A DNA stretch of 63,353 bases, the filler included, from Reclinomonas americana ATCC 50394 (Eukaryota), in NCBI GenBank assembly GCA_048213135.1. It is 7 parts of 3 records of this genome, joined end to end, with 100 filler letters (N's around TTAATTAATTAA, not from the genome) between each part and the next. Parts side by side here need not be neighbours in the genome. Positions count along the whole stretch, not along the records: positions 57,560 to 63,353 come from PS015235.1; 6 more parts are not named here. The stretch is one strand, 5' to 3'. Position numbers and translations under genes: made by a program. Position 1 is the stretch's first letter. Each line of letters starts with the position of its first letter. This document shows, piece after piece, positions 61,538 through 63,353 of the stretch. The notes below the pieces were generated by a model. The model did no database searches, was not told where the DNA came from, and saw only the letters and a program-made list of their open reading frames with translations.

Positions 61538-63340
61538 TCACTCCATCTCACCCCTCTCCCTCAGCACCGCCTCCCACGCCCTCAGCTGCTTTCTGAACCC
61601 CGGATTCGGGGAGACTTGGAATCGACACGACACCACGTGCTCCAGCACGGGGTCAAGTGGCATGCGCCAGGCGCGCATCAAAAACGCGCACACAATCGTC
61701 TGTGCGGCAGAACAGGTGAGCGCCACACGACAGTCCGCAAAACCGCTCACACCAACTCACCGCCGACCGACTGACGCCCTGCGCGCAGTGCACCAACACA
61801 CACCCGCCCTCACGCGACGGTCCATTGGCGTCGTCCACATCACGCTCCACTTCGATCTCCTCCTCTATCTTCTCTCCCGCCCGGCGCTGCAGCGACGCCG
61901 GCAGCTCCGGCACACCAATGCGATCGAGAATCCACTGCGTGACACTCTCAAAGTGCGCCCCCAGGTCCTCCGAAGGCAGGTCGTCGACGGAGATGCGCAA
62001 GTACTCGATGCTCTCGTCGCGCTCCTCGCCCGCCTCGAAAAAGTTCTCAATCTCCACCGTGGCGTTCACCACGTGACGCGCGTTGAGGTTGGCGAGCACG
62101 CCGCGTCGCTGGCGCGCATGGAACTGCGAGCCGAGGAACAGGCGGTGCGCCACCTACAACAGCAAGCGTACGTGTGAGGGGGAGGAGAACGAGATGAAAG
62201 AAACAGGTGGAGGAGAGACCTGTTGGGGAAAGTGAAACAAGCGCTTATGCAGTACCTGATTGGGGAAGAAGGCGTGCGATTTGAAGGCCGGGTGACCCTC
62301 GCAGAGGAACGGGTAGTGGTGGACGACTCGGGGGAGGCCGCCGAGGACGGCGCGGGCGGTGGGCGGCATGCCGAGCTCGACTGGTGGAGGGTGCGAGGCA
62401 TGAGAACAGCAACACGCAGGTGAGGAAAAAAAGGGCACTTTCCCGCCGATGTATACCTTGCTTCTCGCACACACGTCGCGCAATCTCCACGGCGTAGTCG
62501 TCGTGATCCTCGCCGCCGTACACGAAGACCGAGGGGGAGCCGCGGGCGCGGCGGGCGAGAGATGTGAGGGATTCTGGGGAGGGGGTGGGAAAGGGAAGGG
62601 TGAGGAGGGAAGAGAAGGGGAAAGGGAAAGGAGAAGGGGAAGAGAGGAAGCGAGTGAGAAGGAGTAGAAACGAGAGGAAATGGGTGGAGACGAGAGGAGA
62701 CGAGTGGAAGCGAGAGGAAACGAGAGGAAACGAGAGGAAACGAGAGGAAACGAGAAGAGATGAGAAGAGACGAGAGGAAACGAGTGGGAAACGAGAGGAA
62801 ACTAGTGGGAAACGTGAGGAAACGAGTGCAAACGAGAGGAAACGAGTGGAGACGAGAGGAGACGAGAGGTGCACCTCACCACTATCCTCTCTCATCTTCC
62901 TCCTCCTTCTCTCGCTCTCTTCTCTCACTCAGCATGCACTCAGCGCCTGCAATCTCTCGATTTAGAACTCATCCCTCTTCCTCTCTCCCTCTCTCATCAT
63001 CTGCGTCTCTCTCTCTCTCTCCCCTCTCATCATCATCATCTCTCTCTCTCTCTCCTCCCTCCCTTTATCTCTCTCCTCCCCTCTCACCGTCCGTCGGTTC
63101 CTCTCCCACCGGCCACCTCTCCGCCCCATACAGCCTCAACTCATCCTGCACCGGGCGCACATCGATCTTTATCGACTCGGCCGGCCGCGGATCGTTAAAC
63201 ACCTCCAGCGCAGTGCAGGTCAGCGAAGCGCGCGAAAACGGCGGTCCCTTCACACTGCCACCCTTTATCCGCGCATTCACAGAGACGGGTGGAGGAGGGC
63301 CTGGTGGAGGAGGGGGAGGTGCAGAGGAGGAAGATGCCAT
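61538..63340 (-). CDS. Dual-specificity (MAP kinase-type) phosphatase with a degenerate N-terminal rhodanese-like domain
   Basis: IDVRP, VFVYGG, VLGGLPRVVHHYPFLC, FPNQ|VAHRLFLGS, HVVNAT, YLRISVDD, VLVHCAQGVSRSA|TIVCAFLM and VSPNPGFRKQL. Confidence 0.9.
62688..62870. repeat. 10-bp minisatellite (CGAGAGGAAA)n, intronic
   Basis: Direct reading. Confidence 0.9.
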
Positions 63341-63353
63341 GGCTCGAGGGAAA

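Noticed and set aside
1-63353. tRNA, rRNA, autonomous transposon or alternative genetic code
   Set aside because: None recognised. TAA, TAG and TGA all appear as terminal stops and I saw no in-frame stops in conserved exons.

Overview
Draft-assembly window of an intron-rich, microsatellite-laden eukaryotic genome using the standard code. It is probably a flagellated non-opisthokont protist, because an SF-assemblin-like C-terminus is present. There are many N gaps and six TTAATTAATTAA scaffold linkers. Manual exon reading gives about 16 genes or gene fragments: sterol-desaturase-family gene, PH/F-box/LRR protein, phospholipase B-like, WD40, GDPD1-like lysophospholipase D, tiny Pro-rich + Arp2/3-binding CA-type protein, myristoylated EF-hand protein, class-3 lipase-TPR fusion, SF-assemblin-like coiled coil, secreted Ig/IPT-like repeat protein, NOP56, ArfGAP2/3 (Glo3), an intronless WD40 protein, a rhodanese/dual-specificity phosphatase and two unidentified fragments. 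The most striking signal is in the splicing. About 15 introns begin GTTGCGT and two begin GTTGAG, i.e. the local GTGCGT/GTGAGT donor shifted by one nucleotide, and these almost always follow an exon that does not end in G. Most long ORFs in the supplied track are artefacts of gaps and minisatellites. All gene models are hand-derived and need RNA-seq confirmation.
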